This document shows, piece by piece, positions 1 through 12,603 of a stretch of DNA of 64,000 nucleotides; position 1 is the stretch's first letter; each line of letters begins with the position of its first letter. Made by a program: the position numbers and the translations under genes. This stretch comes from Haliotis rubra (taxonomy: Eukaryota): NCBI RefSeq assembly GCF_003918875.1, contig NW_025767390.1, positions 992,001 through 1,056,000 on the forward strand. The letters run 5' to 3'. The notes below the pieces were generated by a model. It saw only the letters and a list, made by a program, of their open reading frames with translations. It was not told where the DNA came from and did not search any database.

Positions 1-630
1 AGGGAAAAGATTATCACTGATAACATGATATCAGATGTTTTCCTTGTGTTGAATGCCTTTTTAGTCAAATGTCCCAGATAAAATTTATAAAACTATTTCA
101 CATAGTTCCATCTTAATACGCGAAGAACAGCTGCATCTTGTACCCCGAGGCGAGTAGAAAAGCTCATAGATGTTTTGCCCCAATTATGGTCTTAGTTCTG
201 TCGGTACCATAGTCCTGCTCTTGGACTTTGCCTAACCGATTAGACCTCCATGACTTTCCTGACATATTAACCTGATGTTCCGTGATATAACTGGAATACG
301 GCAGCACCACCTCCAGCATACCAGCTGACACAAACACACACTCCCACACGCACAAGATGTCACTTTATGGGAATACATGTATATCTTGCCGAATCACCAG
401 CATTTTGTGCATATTTTCTTTCTGATATTGCAACCTTCTTGACGGATGGTAGTAAAACTGTCAAAACATAGCATGACCTTTCTCTGTATGATTCTAGAAA
501 CAGGAAGCAAAGCAAATATATTTCATGCTACTAATAGGCAGTTGCTACAAACCACGACGATTCTACATATAACGCTTTTCTTTGTTTCCACTTGCTTTTG
601 TGGAATAGACAAGCGGTCATTCAAAAGTCA
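1..630 (+). pseudogene. Decayed ORF, unknown family, paralog P (3' part, internally deleted)
   Basis: Homologous to 16777-18560. Reads REKIITDNMISDVFLVLNAFLVKCP..HLNTRRTAASCTPRRVEKLIDVLPQLW and later VVKLSKHSMTFLC, with stops. About 400 bp are missing relative to 17625-18045. Confidence 0.6.
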
Positions 631-637
631 AGTTCTT

Positions 638-674
638 CCATACCATACCATACCATACCATACCATACCATACC
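638..674. repeat. (CCATA)n microsatellite
   Basis: Seven units; a degenerate mirror is at ~41528-41560. Confidence 0.95.
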
Positions 675-829
675 GTCTTTCATGCCATATCATACAACTG
701 ATCTGCATTATTATACAAAGACAGTTTACGATTTCGAATATTCCACAACTAATATTCAATACAGGATCCATGGATTATGAGCAGCGGTATTAAAGCTTCA
801 TCGAGCGGTGTTTATTGTTTAAATTGTTT

Positions 830-1898
830 ATGGTAAAAGTGGATATTGTGGTTGATAGACGATCATTCATGGCCCTGTGGTCTGTGAGAGTTCACATTTA
901 AACAGAACTTTAGAGTAATCACTTTATTACGGACAGATATTAAATGGAAGTCACTAAAACAGAAAACATTCATATAATGCACGTAACTTATTTGTTGGGA
1001 AAATGAAAAGAAGCTGAATACAGTCGCCGAATCCTTGGAACCTTAAGGTCCAAATCTGTTATTCATCACCACCGAATATCTATTTCCTTTATGTTTTATT
1101 GTTTTACATACCCGCATGGACATGGGAAACACTTTGATTTGCGGCAGTTTGTTCTAAAGACTTTGAGGTCCAGTACCCCTTACCTACATTACATGGGGTC
1201 GTCACGCCACTTTACCAAAAGTGAGTGAGTGAGTTATTATTTAACGTCACATCGGCAATATTGCAGCCATATCGTGACAAGAACATATTTTTCATTGAAA
1301 TGGAATATTTATATGATAAAAACCTGTCGACGAAGGACAGTAAAACAACTAAAATATCACAATTAGAATTTAAACTAGCGTGGAAAGTTTAAACTAATAG
1401 CACTATTTGGACAATACAATAAAAAAAACAGGCTATAGATCGCCAACAACTTTTACCAGAAGTAGATAATTTAGTAGACATAAAAAAGATCGCGCAAACT
1501 CTTGTCCTGGATTATTTGCACGTCAGTTTACACTCACTAGGATCAGACACGATCTCCCTTTTGTTTACTTATCACCCCATCTATATGAGATAATAACATT
1601 CTCACGCCATCTCTCACTCCTCTGAGGATTCAACGCATCAAATTAATTTTCAGTGTACTTTGTGGTATTTGAGACGTCGCTCTTTTCATCAGGGTACGTC
1701 GATAGCAAGAGGTCCGTGTACTCAAAGATATACTCTTCTACAAAATCGACGAGATGTTGTTTTTGCAGAGGCTATTTTACTGCAGTGATAATGAGAGATT
1801 CAGTCTATCGAAGGAAAAGCATATGTCAAACATCTCATCAAAGACCTGGTGCTTCTTGGGAGTTAGTTGACATGTTCACGTGTGGTCTTACCATGTAA
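830..1898 (+). pseudogene. Decayed ORF, unknown family, paralog Q
   Basis: Broken frames YPHGHGKHFDLRQFVLKTL, FTLTRIRHDLPFVYLSPHL and QEVRVLKDILFYKIDEML. Differences versus 19730-20400 concentrate at third codon positions. Interrupted by a retroelement at 1221-1450. Confidence 0.65.
1221..1450 (-). mobile_element. Retroelement 3' end (gatgtgacgttaaa...(ACTC)n tail family)
   Basis: Flanked by a tttaccaNaagt duplication; empty site at ~40700. Family copies at 44247, 47107, 57938 and 63265. Confidence 0.8.
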
Positions 1899-2625
1899 GG
1901 TAATGCAGGTTTCTAGGATGTGGGGTATATTTCTCAGACGTGGTCATATTGGAAATATAGTTGGGTGTAAAACCATACTCACGCATCCATAATCACAAGA
2001 CACTATGCTTTAAATCGTGTGCACCCAAAGCTAACTTTGAGTCTCTTAATGATGCAACTATTGATTAAATACATGTCAATATGATTGTGACAGTCATGCT
2101 GAGCCACCCTGACGACTTCTATTCTACCTTTTTCAAAACGGTCTCCTTGGTCTCTTTGACAATATATACTTTTTTATTTTGTTTGTTTGTGGTTTTGATT
2201 GTTTGTTAAACGTCAGCGTCATGGCGGTTGGCTGTAAATACTCGAGTCTGAACCGGACATTCCTGTGATTAACACCATGATCATCCATTCACGCAATTGG
2301 GATATGATGACGTCCATCAACGAAATCTCTTGGTTTGCTGAGGACAACTTGTAACTGATTCTACACTGGCTAGTTAGTTATGAGCATCAGACAAGTTGAC
2401 ATGGTATTCTGGATAATTGTAAGGAAGATAACCTTGCAGTATTTAAACTATAGTCCATAGGCACCAGTGGGAAACTTCATGGTTTTCAATGTCTAAGGCA
2501 AACAATAACAGACAGTGTCAAAGGGTTCAGCATACAATGTCCACGGATATATTTCAAAATCTTACCATTCAGTGCATACAGTAATAAACTAGCTTAAAAT
2601 GAATATTTTCAAGGTAATGGGGCAC

Positions 2626-2914
2626 TCGTGAAGAGAAACCCCTCGTGGTGAGTGATGGCTAAAGCTAATAGCTCTTTCCCCATGCTGACCCGAGTTATAA
2701 TAGGAACTCAGCACCCCATTACTGGTCGTAAAAGGCGATCGAATTGGGCAACCTGTTTGCCGTGGGTTGCGCCCCTGTATCGGCGAAGGACAGGATTGTG
2801 GTGATTTAGGGCACTAGTTCCAGGAATAAATGTTCCTTTGCACAATACACGACTTTGACCCTAACTTCACCTAGACAGGTTGTAGAATGGGCCCGCTCCT
2901 ATCAATCAATCAAT
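2626..2914 (+). mobile_element. Related SINE-like element with gtcgtaaaaggcga hairpin and (ATCA)n tail
   Basis: Absent from the tandem copy near 21490; mirrored at 39244-39532. Confidence 0.6.
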
Positions 2915-3022
2915 ATGAAATTGTATCAAATAATGTTTTTAATATGCGAATTACTTTTTTGAAGGAACAATCTTCGCATCAATTGCTATGAAACATAAAC
3001 CATTCAAAATGTTCAGAACGGA

Positions 3023-3209
3023 TGAGTGAGTGAGTTGAGTTTTACGCCGCACTTAGCAACATTCCAGCTATATGGCGGCGGTCTGTAAATAATCGATCCA
3101 GTCATCAACAATCCAGTCATCAACAGCATGAGCATCGATCTTCGCAATTGGGAACCGATGACATGTGTCATCCAAGTCGGCGAGTCTGACCACCCGATCC
3201 CATTAGTCA
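3023..3209 (-). mobile_element. Abundant SINE-like repeat (cccgtgaag head family), 5'-truncated
   Basis: gagtgagtg...ttttacgccgcacttagcaac...gaccacccgatccc. Mirrored at 38946-39141. Confidence 0.85.
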
Positions 3210-3439
3210 GTTATTTTGCCAAAAGGAGATGGAACATTTTGCAGAATGTATCATTTAGGGATACAGTGTATCTCTTCTTAAGCATAACCTCCTGTGAAAA
3301 CATTTAACATATTATTGTAAGTATATCAACACGTATGAACATACACGCCAGTATGGCAACAACAATCAGGAACGACAACACGGTACAAGCGGTGGTTTTA
3401 CTAGACACCGGATGTAGGGTTAACAGAGAGGCGAGCAAT

Positions 3440-4420
3440 GATTTACGATGTACAACTGGCGACATGTTAAATAATCTTTGTTATTTCTTGTCAATGATAA
3501 AATCCAATAGATAGAGTCGTCGCAAATGTCACATATATTACGATTGACAAAATGTGGCTCTTGTTCGAGAGGATTGTTCTTCGAAATGCACAATTAAAAC
3601 CAGAAAATAATTTGACACTTTCTTGATATTCAGAACCTATTGGGAAATAATGCAATAATTAAACAGTGAAGTATTATCTTCACTACTTCTTCGGTACATT
3701 GATAAATAATTACGAATTTCACAGATAGTGCTTTACCGTCATGATGAGAAATACCAAAGTTTCCAGACTGCTGTTTGGCCGGAATGATGGGACATGATGA
3801 CAAAGAATTGTGTGTACAAACTCTTGTGACATTTCAGGTGCACTTTAGAAATCCCATGTCCATTGAGTAATGTATACTGTGTGTAAATTTACAACTAAGT
3901 GTACATGTGACGAAGCACTGATTATTTGACCTGCAAGGAGCGCTTTGGTGTACTGAAGATTTACAACAGCTATGTGATCAATGACATCGTACTTCATTTA
4001 ACAGACCATCGGTGCAAATTAGTTTCCAAAGTCAACGAAGAGTTTAGCACTTAATCAGGTTAATTGTCGACCGTTGTTCTGTCCAATCTTGAAATGAGAC
4101 CAGCACGACAAACACACTAGTGTTAATAAGATAGGAAGCGACATTGTGACATACAAGCCAAGTTAAATGAGTTCCCACTAACAAATAACAGTCAAAGGAT
4201 TCCTCTAATGTCCTGACTCTTGTCTTGAGCGTGAGACGTGCCGATCAACGGCAAATTTAAAGCACATCTGCGTCATGTTGAATGGAAATTAATTTGCATT
4301 ATTTGAGAATGATCCATACACTGATGGTTACGATATAGACAAAATCATTCACTGGATTCTACTTTTAGCAGAGGCATTCAAATAGGGTTTGTCGTGTTCG
4401 TTTTTACCCGTTTTAGCAAT
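3440..4420 (+). pseudogene. Decayed ORF, unknown family (T)
   Basis: Frame QIVLYRHDEKYQSFQTAVWPE*WDMMTKNCVYKLL*HFRCTLEIPC...TDYLTCKERFGVLKIYNSYVINDIVLHL. Synonymous-type changes (TAC/TAT, AGG/AGA, CCA/CCT, ACC/ACT) versus the inverted copy at 54400-55200. Confidence 0.55.
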
Positions 4421-5159
4421 TCACACTTAGATAGCAACATACATTTTACACTGACCATGGTCTTTTCTTAAAACAGTCCGGTATATCAGACCATTTTCAC
4501 TGATCCGTATCACTTTGATGAAACGCACTCAAACATGCCCTTAAACTGAACAATATACCGATCCCTTCTTATATCCGCTGATCTATCATTTCTTACCTAG
4601 GTGGGGTTGACCTGAAGATAATTAGTGAAAATGGAGTGTTCAAAGCATAAAACGTGTAACATTCATCCTCACATCCAGTAATCTAGGCGAGTTTCTTTGA
4701 CAGTTTTGTCTACCTGTTCACCTACCTGTGTAAACTATATGCATCAATACTGAGACACATCTGTACCCTCAACAAAATATGTCAGTTTAAAAACACCATC
4801 GTGTCAATAAAAGATGAATGCAAGACCTTTTTCACGATTCCCATAAAAAACATGTGTTTATAAATGACTGTCAAACAGTGACGATAGCAGGTGTTGGCGA
4901 AAACGTGAGCGTATCCTTCCCGACCGACAGCATCCGTCAGAAGCACATACAAAGGTAAGTTCACTGTTCACCAAAGAACGCGGGAACATATGGTACCGCT
5001 AGCCAAACCTGTAAGAGTACATTTTCCTCTACAACATAGAGTGTACCCGAAGAACTACACGTTCTTCAAAGACATTGTGAAACAGAAAAAGATTGTGCTG
5101 GCGATCATGAAATATGTACTCAGTCTGATACCCCAAATTAGTGCTCTTTGACATATTCA

Positions 5160-6419
5160 GTGTTCAAGGAAAACGAAGATCAGGCTGCATGAAACATGAT
5201 TCTCAGGCAAATTTCTTTTCAAAATTAGGGAGGGGAATAGGAGTTTTGCTTTCATAATGATTTGTATGAGAACACTGTTTAACTTTTCCCAACCAATAAC
5301 GCAAACAAACGTGGCACAAAATTAATTCAGTTCTGTCATTCAACGGCATTTCAACGGTCATCAGAGCACCATATCTTGCCTTTGGGATTGTTTCCTGCAC
5401 AACAATTCCACCCAAGATCGCCTGCGAAGCGGCCGTCCAAGAGTTATCAGCCAAGCCAAGGACCGCTACATCCGGGTTGCTCACTTGCGTCATCGTCTTG
5501 CCACAGCCGTGGAGACTACAAAACGCATCCCTGGTTTGAGTAGAATCCCCGACCAAACTGTAAGGAAGTGGGGATTCGACCAAGAAGGCCAGCTGTTTTG
5601 AGATACTTCTATCGGCGCAATCGCTTGTGGTGGTGTCGTATAGTCCGAAACTGGAACTTTAGAAACTGGAGGCGAGTCATTATGAATCACGATTCCTTCT
5701 TCACCGGCGAGATGTAAGACAGCGTGTTTACCGTCGGTGAAATGAACGTTTTGCCCCTAATTGCATTGGACAGGTCGACTGATTCGGTTGAGGCGGTGTC
5801 ATGATGTGTGTGTGTGTATTGTGTGGGAAATAACCAGCACACAAAGATCTGATATATTGGTGGTTCAGGGAATTTGACAGCAATCGGTACATCAACAAAT
5901 TACTTGCGCGCCACGTGCTTCCGATATGGACCGACGGAGGGAGGTGTTCCATCATGACATCGCTACTTCACATACAGCACGCGTCACGGTCCACTTCCTT
6001 GCCAATTCTAAAGTCAGTGCCTTGCCATGGCCTTCACGATCACCAGATCTGAAGCCCATAGAACACCTATGGGATGAACTCGATCGATGTGTACGTCAAC
6101 GTCAAAACACGCCTCAGTCACTATCACTACTGGCTATCGCATTGGAGGAAGATTGGGGAAGAATTCGGCAAGAGTGACTTCGTCGACTTATCCAGCCTGT
6201 GCCGAGCAGTAATTGGGGCCAGTGGCGGTTATAAATATAAACAGAAACACAACAATAACGGCTTGTGTTGGCGACCTCTTTGTCTATAGACGTGTGAATT
6301 TTAACCTTTTAACCATTAAGATTGCATTGTAATTGAGTTTTGAGCCACTTCCATCTCTTAAAACTAACGTAATAACTTCTTCCAAAAATGGCTTATGCGT
6401 TCCTTTTTATAAGAGTGTA
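5160..6419 (+). mobile_element. Decayed Tc1/mariner DNA transposon
   Basis: ORF 5926-6177 contains HTARVT...WPSRSPDLKPIEHLWDEL (Tc1 DD34E C-terminal signature). An upstream GRPRV...DRYIR HTH remnant is present, and the right end ...gagtgta is TIR-like. Left boundary approximate. Confidence 0.9.
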
Positions 6420-7401
6420 CATAATAAGACACTTTAAAATAAAAACTTTCAATCAGCAAAGCTGTTAATATTGACAAGTGAATGTTATTTGTGTTCCAAT
6501 TACAATGATTAAAATTACACTTACAGGATGTCAATATAATGATATTCCGATATATACTTAATGGGAATATATTCCGGTTCACATTGTTCTGGAGTTTATG
6601 CAAAATATTTATATGTAACACAAACCATTTGAAATGATTAAAGGACAGTTATCATGTATTATGATCCTTAAATAATGAATATTAATGAACACTTCACATT
6701 TCTACCTTTGGAAATGTACTAGTATTCGACAAGCATTTGTGCGATGCATATACAATAACCATCTCGTCTGAACTGTGGTCGTGATTGTGTAGATCGAATT
6801 AACGAAGGTCTTCACGTATTCCAGACTGAAATCTTACAAAATACATCACTGAAGGACAGTCAGAACCTATTAAGAGGAGTATGTAACTAGTGTCTGCCCT
6901 TAGGGCCTCAGAGCAGCAGACCTATTCTGTAATAGAACCTAAACCACGTTAAGTCGTAACTGTTCTCAGACTTTCGCAGCTTTCTTATTAATGTTTCCTG
7001 TTTACCTATATTTCGTCCCATAGTATTTATCTTAATATAATGTAAGAACAATGAAACATGAAATATTATAATGAAGGGAATGCTCTCTGAACGACCACTG
7101 TATCTAGTTCATGTTCATTGTTTTGAGATTAAAAACAACCTGAACAACCTCGCTTTGTGTAGCAAGCCTTCCTATAACTGACACATCCTATGCTTTTCTA
7201 ACAATCACGTCTATTCCGTTCATAAACACGGGCGGTAATTCTAAATTTCACTCACGCTATTGTTACGCTCGACGTTTTAATACCTTTTCAGTCATATGGC
7301 GCCTCTACAGCCACCAAACAATAGTCAGAACATTGCAGATACCAAATATATCTCAAACGTTACAGTACCAAACTAGGATATCTATTCGTCTTTGTTTCAC
7401 A

Positions 7402-8838
7402 CCCATCACAGTCATAACAACGTGTTGCCCTTAGCCCCATCACAGTCATAACAACGTGTTGTCCTTAGCCCCATCACAGTCATAACAACGTGTTGTCCTT
7501 TACCATTCACAGTCATAACAACGTGTTGACCTTTACCCCATCACAGTCATAACAACGTGTTGTCCTTTTCACCATCACAGTCATAACAACGTGTTGTCCT
7601 TTACCCATCACAGTCATAACAATGTGTTGTCCTTTACCCCATCACAGTCATAACAACGTGTTGTTCTTTTCACCATCACAGTCATAACGTGTTGTCTTTG
7701 ACCCCATCAGTCATAACAACGTGTTGTCATTTACCCCATCACAGTCATAACAACGTGTTGTCCTTTACCCCATCACAGTCATAACAACGTGTTGTCCTTG
7801 ACCCCATCACAGTCATAACAACGTGTTGTCCTTTTCACCATCACAGTCATAACAACGTGTTGTCCTTTACCCATCACAGTCATAACAACGTGTTGTCCTT
7901 TACCCCATCACAGTCATAACAACGTGTTGTCCTTCACCCATCACAGTCGTAACAACGTGTTCTCCTTTACCCCATCACAGTCATAACAACGTGTTGTCCT
8001 TTACCCCATCACAGTCATAACAATGTGTTGTCCCTGACCCCATCACAGTCATAACAACGTGTTTTCCTTTACCCCATCACAGTCATAACAACGTGTTGTC
8101 CTTTACCATTCACAGTCATAACAACGTGTTCTCCTTTACCCCATCACAGTCATAACAACGTGTTGTCCTTTACCCATCAGTCATAACAACGTGTTGTCCT
8201 TTACCCCATCACAGTCAGAACAACGTGTTGTAATTTACCCCTTCACAGTCATAACAACGTGTTGTCCTTAACCATTCACAGTCATAACAACGTGTTGTCC
8301 TTTTCACCATCACAGTCATAACAACGTGTTTTCCTTTACCCATCACAGTCATAACAACGTGTTGTCCTTTACCATTCACAGTCATAACAACGTGTTCTCC
8401 TTTACCCCATCACAGTCAATACAACGTGTTGTCCCTGACCCCATCACAGTCATAACAACGTGTTGTCCTTCACCCCATCACAGTCATAACAACGTGTTGT
8501 CCTTAACCATTCACAGTCATAACAACGTGTTGTCATTTACCCCATCACAGTCATAACAACGTGTTGTCCTTTACCCATCAGTCATAACAACGTGTTGTCC
8601 TTGACCCCATCACAGTCATAACAACGTGTTGTCCTCTCACCATCACAGTCATAACAACGTGTTCTCCTTTACCCCATCACAGTCATAACAACGTGTTGTC
8701 CTTTACCCATCACAGTCATAACAACGTGTTCTCCTTTACCCCATCACAGTCATAACAACGTGTTGTCCTTTACCGCACCACAATCATAACAACATGTTGT
8801 CCTTTACACCCATCACAGTCAAACAACGTGTTGTCCTT
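7402..8838 (+). repeat. 33-34-bp minisatellite, about 43 units
   Basis: Unit ccccatcacagtcataacaacgtgttgtccttta with 1-3-bp indel variants. Confidence 0.98.
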
Positions 8839-9987
8839 ATCACTCTCACAACCATATATGTTTCCTTTTATCACTTTGCATTCTGTATTCAACGAGAAAA
8901 TTGCAATCCTATCATGTTAGATGTTTTCCGTCAAAAAGTGCTTTACCTGATAACTCGACAGACGAACAATTATTACCCCAAAGGTTTGTTCTGGAAATGC
9001 CAATGAAAATGCTGAAATTACTGACATGGTTTTACAAATGCCACCTTTTTTCACCTACATCATCTTAAATACATAGTCATAGCTCAATGACACCCCAAAC
9101 TGGGCCGATTTGTTTTATGGACGTAATCTGTGACCGGAACATATGTGACCAAATGACTTCTTCAATAGATGACGTGTCCATCCAATGCGCAGTTATCACC
9201 TATGTAGCCGTCAATGATATCATTCATTAGACAAATAATGTCTCACTTTCGCACGATACACTAATAGCAATGTCTAGACATAATTCGGAAGCAGCCACCA
9301 GAATGTGGATCTAGTCTTTCAGGAAGTTGTTCACAAGAATAAATGCAACATCGAATGGCTTCAGTCATTGCCACGCTAAATGTATCCACTTTGTGTCCAA
9401 GGGCCCGCTGGATTTAGATGGGTGATACGTGACCTCGAACATATGCTACAAGGTGAACATTTTATACGGAAAAGCCATCCAGCACAAATTCAGGAATACC
9501 CAATTTGGATCATGTCAAAGTTAGTTTTCAAAGACAAACCTCACACGACCTGACAAATTCATCAAGCAGACGACATGTGTTGAAAACCCCGCATGGACGT
9601 AATGTGCGAAACCCATATCTTGTGTCTAACATATTGCTAAAAGCGGCGTAAAACCAAGCCTACTCTCTAATCCACTGATACAAAAATCCAACTTGAAAAA
9701 CACGACAGGTTGTGCTGAAGGCTGCATTCCTTTGAACAACATGCAGTCGTTCATCATTATTATTTGATGTCTGATCCTCTAAGGTGAAGAAGTTGATGAC
9801 TGTTCTTTGCTCAGTTTTGTCTATTTGCCACTAAGAAGTAGTATAATTCAGTGTCGAAGTCTGCAGTCGTTCAACTCAAGCACGCCAAACTGTGATAAAA
9901 AATAGCAGCAGCAAAACCATTCCATAGCCACAGGGAAGCTCTGCTGGAAGATGTGACGACTCAGGGAACATTGATGGATACTACATG

Positions 9988-10183
9988 ACTTCTTTGATGG
10001 GCATTTTAGAAGTTGAGTTGATGAAAAATGATGACAATTTTTATGGATATACAACTTCTTTTATTCTGTCAAGGGCGACGTTTCGACACTTGCTTGACAA
10101 CGACATTAGAATCTATATATGTCGAAACGTCGCCCTTCACAAAATAAAAGAAGTATATCCATAAAACTTGTCATCATTCTTGA
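9988..10183. mobile_element. Penelope-like terminal-repeat mini-insertion with an inverted arm
   Basis: TSD atactacatg at 9978-87 and 10184-93; arms ...gggcgacgtttcgaca / tgtcgaaacgtcgccc...; AATAAA. Shared with 36963-37151, absent at ~49705. Confidence 0.7.
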
Positions 10184-10399
10184 ATACTACATGTCAACCG
10201 CTCACAAAAAACACCTTGAAGTGCCAAGCTCAAAACTTTCTGATATCGCATCACTATGGAGGCCGACCGAAACTGAACAGCATCAACACCAGTCTGTTTA
10301 GCCATTTTATTTGCATTTAAACAATGTTCTTGTCCACTGGTCAATTTATGTTAACATACCTCAGTTTCATTATTGTTAGATTGACGGTAATTTACTCCT

Positions 10400-11450
10400 A
10401 TAATTGATCGATAGTCTGCACGGCGGCTCAACGAATGAAGCAATCGTTGTGTGACTGTCAAAATCAGTGCTGCTGGACACATGTCTGTCGTTACAAGCTA
10501 TCCACGGAATCGGGTTGTCATTCTTGCTGATTTAGCTGATGAATATCATCTTATCCAAACTGCGAAGATTAATGCTCATGATGTCATCACTTACTTGTTT
10601 TGTCCTTGCCTAATTATTTACAGACTGCCGACATATGATCGGAATATTGCTGCGTGCTGCGTTAAACAACGAACAAAAACAACTTCGACTGATACATTTG
10701 TATATGGTTGTGAGAAACAATTCATACAAGTGAGACTCTCTATGCCAAAGACGGGTTCATTATTTTTAACTCATAACACAGAGACCCCATCGGGGATCGC
10801 GGGAGGACACAAGATGGAAAGCATTGTCAGATTCAGAGGCTCTGTTAGTTGCGTGTTATCATCATATGCGTGGATAATTGCTCACAACATACTTCATTGG
10901 ATTGTCTTGTTCAGATTTGATGTTGGTCGGGCTGCAGTCATATCCTTTTAATTTTATCGCGTGAAGTGTGCGTTTAATTCATAATGATGACGAAATATCA
11001 CCAGTGTAAATTGCATTATATATTTGAGATGAGTATGCTGTCTACAAGCTGATGAAATAGAGTTAATGTGTTGGTGTTTGATTCGAAAGTTTTACTAAGA
11101 CGGAAAACCAATGTTCTAATTGATAAATCCTTTCTGTAATGGCTCAAACATGCAGGCAAATCTGTAGTATGTGGCCTATGATAAGGCCACATGTTTGTCA
11201 ATTAAACAGTCACGCATAAGTAATATATGTGTGAGGTGATTCGAAATTGGACTGAACGTTGTGTTCAAGATAAATGCACTTGCAAAGCGACGAGCTTTCA
11301 CGACTACATGTATGTCTGTAGCTGTTTATACGAGATCGCAACTTTGTCGGTTTTATAGTTTGTCAGAATAACATACCATGCCTCCGTATTATATGAAAAC
11401 TGCACATTCTACTGACTTCAAACTTACACCTTTTTTGCTTTGTCTTTGTA
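10400..11450 (+). pseudogene. Decayed ORF, unknown family, paralog Y
   Basis: After a SINE at 10480-10680 the ORF reads QVRLSMPKTGSLFLTHNTETPSGIAGGHKMESIVRFRGSVSCV (HN motif). Copies at 35850-36760 and 47800-49200. Strand inferred from the motif. Confidence 0.5.
10480..10682 (+). mobile_element. SINE-like repeat, same family, diverged
   Basis: gtcgttacaagcta...atattgctgcgtgctgcgttaaacaac. Mirrored at 36415-36615. Confidence 0.75.
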
Positions 11451-12527
11451 ATGTCGGACGCCATGCTCTGTAAGACAAAAGTACCATCCTTCAAGGAAAG
11501 TTAGTATGGCGTGGAGATTTCAGAGATACTTCTGCTGTCATGGGAAACATTCTATTCACTAGACCGCGAGGGTGATGGCATAAATGTGAAGGGTTCATAA
11601 CCTTGTATTGAAAACCGTTCGTGACTTTAATCCTATTACCTGTTTTACCCCTATAACTCTTTAATCACTAGTCCTTTCCACAAATGCCGGAACATTAACT
11701 TTTCTTTACAAACGCAAGCCATTCCTTTAAGTCAGTTACTTGCAACCTTAAGGCTTCCAATGAAACCGAAGCGTGTTTCATTTCGTGCGTAACGTGAAAT
11801 TTACTGCGAGAATATGAAGCTGTATATGTGTAAGTGCTTCGTCTTTCACATTTTGTTCTTTGGCACGTTAGCAACTATATATAAGGTTTACCTATGTAAC
11901 CCAAGTACCACTCTGAGGAGTGTTTCCTCTCACTAATAATTGAATTGTATTTACTCTATGCAAACTATAGACACATACTGAGGGCAAACAGCAATGTCCA
12001 TGGGTCTATTATATGAAAGTTAAATTTTTACCTAAACCTAAATTGCAAATATTTGATAGAATTTTCTTTCATAATGTGATTGCACTATGTAACATTTAAT
12101 CATCTGTCTTTCAGCATTTGAAATCTGAGAATCACGGACAAATTACCATCTTGAGAATCCACCTAAGACTCTTCTGAGATTAATGACAATCATTTAAAGT
12201 CGAGTTAATGGAGGAGAAAGTAGGTTATCAGTGTCTTCGTTACGATAAGACGCTGTGCCTGGGACAACCATCTTGAACAATTACAAAACGGATATAGATA
12301 GAGTAGACACTTAATATGATGAAGGTAATTACAATTGTAAGATGAAATGGATTGATTTGAATGACAACGATCGTGTTTTATCAGTAGGCGAATGACACTG
12401 GACACATTGCAAAGTCGTTGTGGATAGCGGACCAAAAGGTTATTGCATTGAGCAGAAAGACGATTACGTTTAAACATAAACCACAATGACAATATAAATG
12501 ATTAATGTTTTCCCATACAGTACTCTT

Positions 12528-12529
<2 letters not shown>

Positions 12530-12601
<72 letters not shown>
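12530..12601. repeat. (TG)n microsatellite
   Basis: About 36 perfect units. Confidence 0.99.

Positions 12602-12603
<2 letters not shown>

Larger units (their letters stand above)
7200..10350 (+). pseudogene. Decayed ORF, unknown family, paralog W, split by a minisatellite and TE insertions
   Basis: Frame running HSHNNVLSLSLSQPYMFPFITLH...NVDLVFQEVVHKNKCNIEWLQSLPR*MYPLCVQGPAGFRWVIRDLEHMLQGEHF...PDKFIKQTTCVE, with stops and a frameshift. The DLxHMLQ...PDKFIKQTTC block is conserved in the ORFs at 37511-37747 and 50037-50297. Confidence 0.7.

Noticed and set aside
3700-4144. Minus-strand signal peptide MSLPILLTLVCLSC starting a gene
   Set aside because: The third-position substitution pattern between copies supports the + frame. 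This reading is its in-phase antisense.
7402-8838. CRISPR-like array (34-bp, partly palindromic repeat)
   Set aside because: Units are directly adjacent with no unique spacers, there are no cas genes, and the context is eukaryotic. It is a minisatellite.
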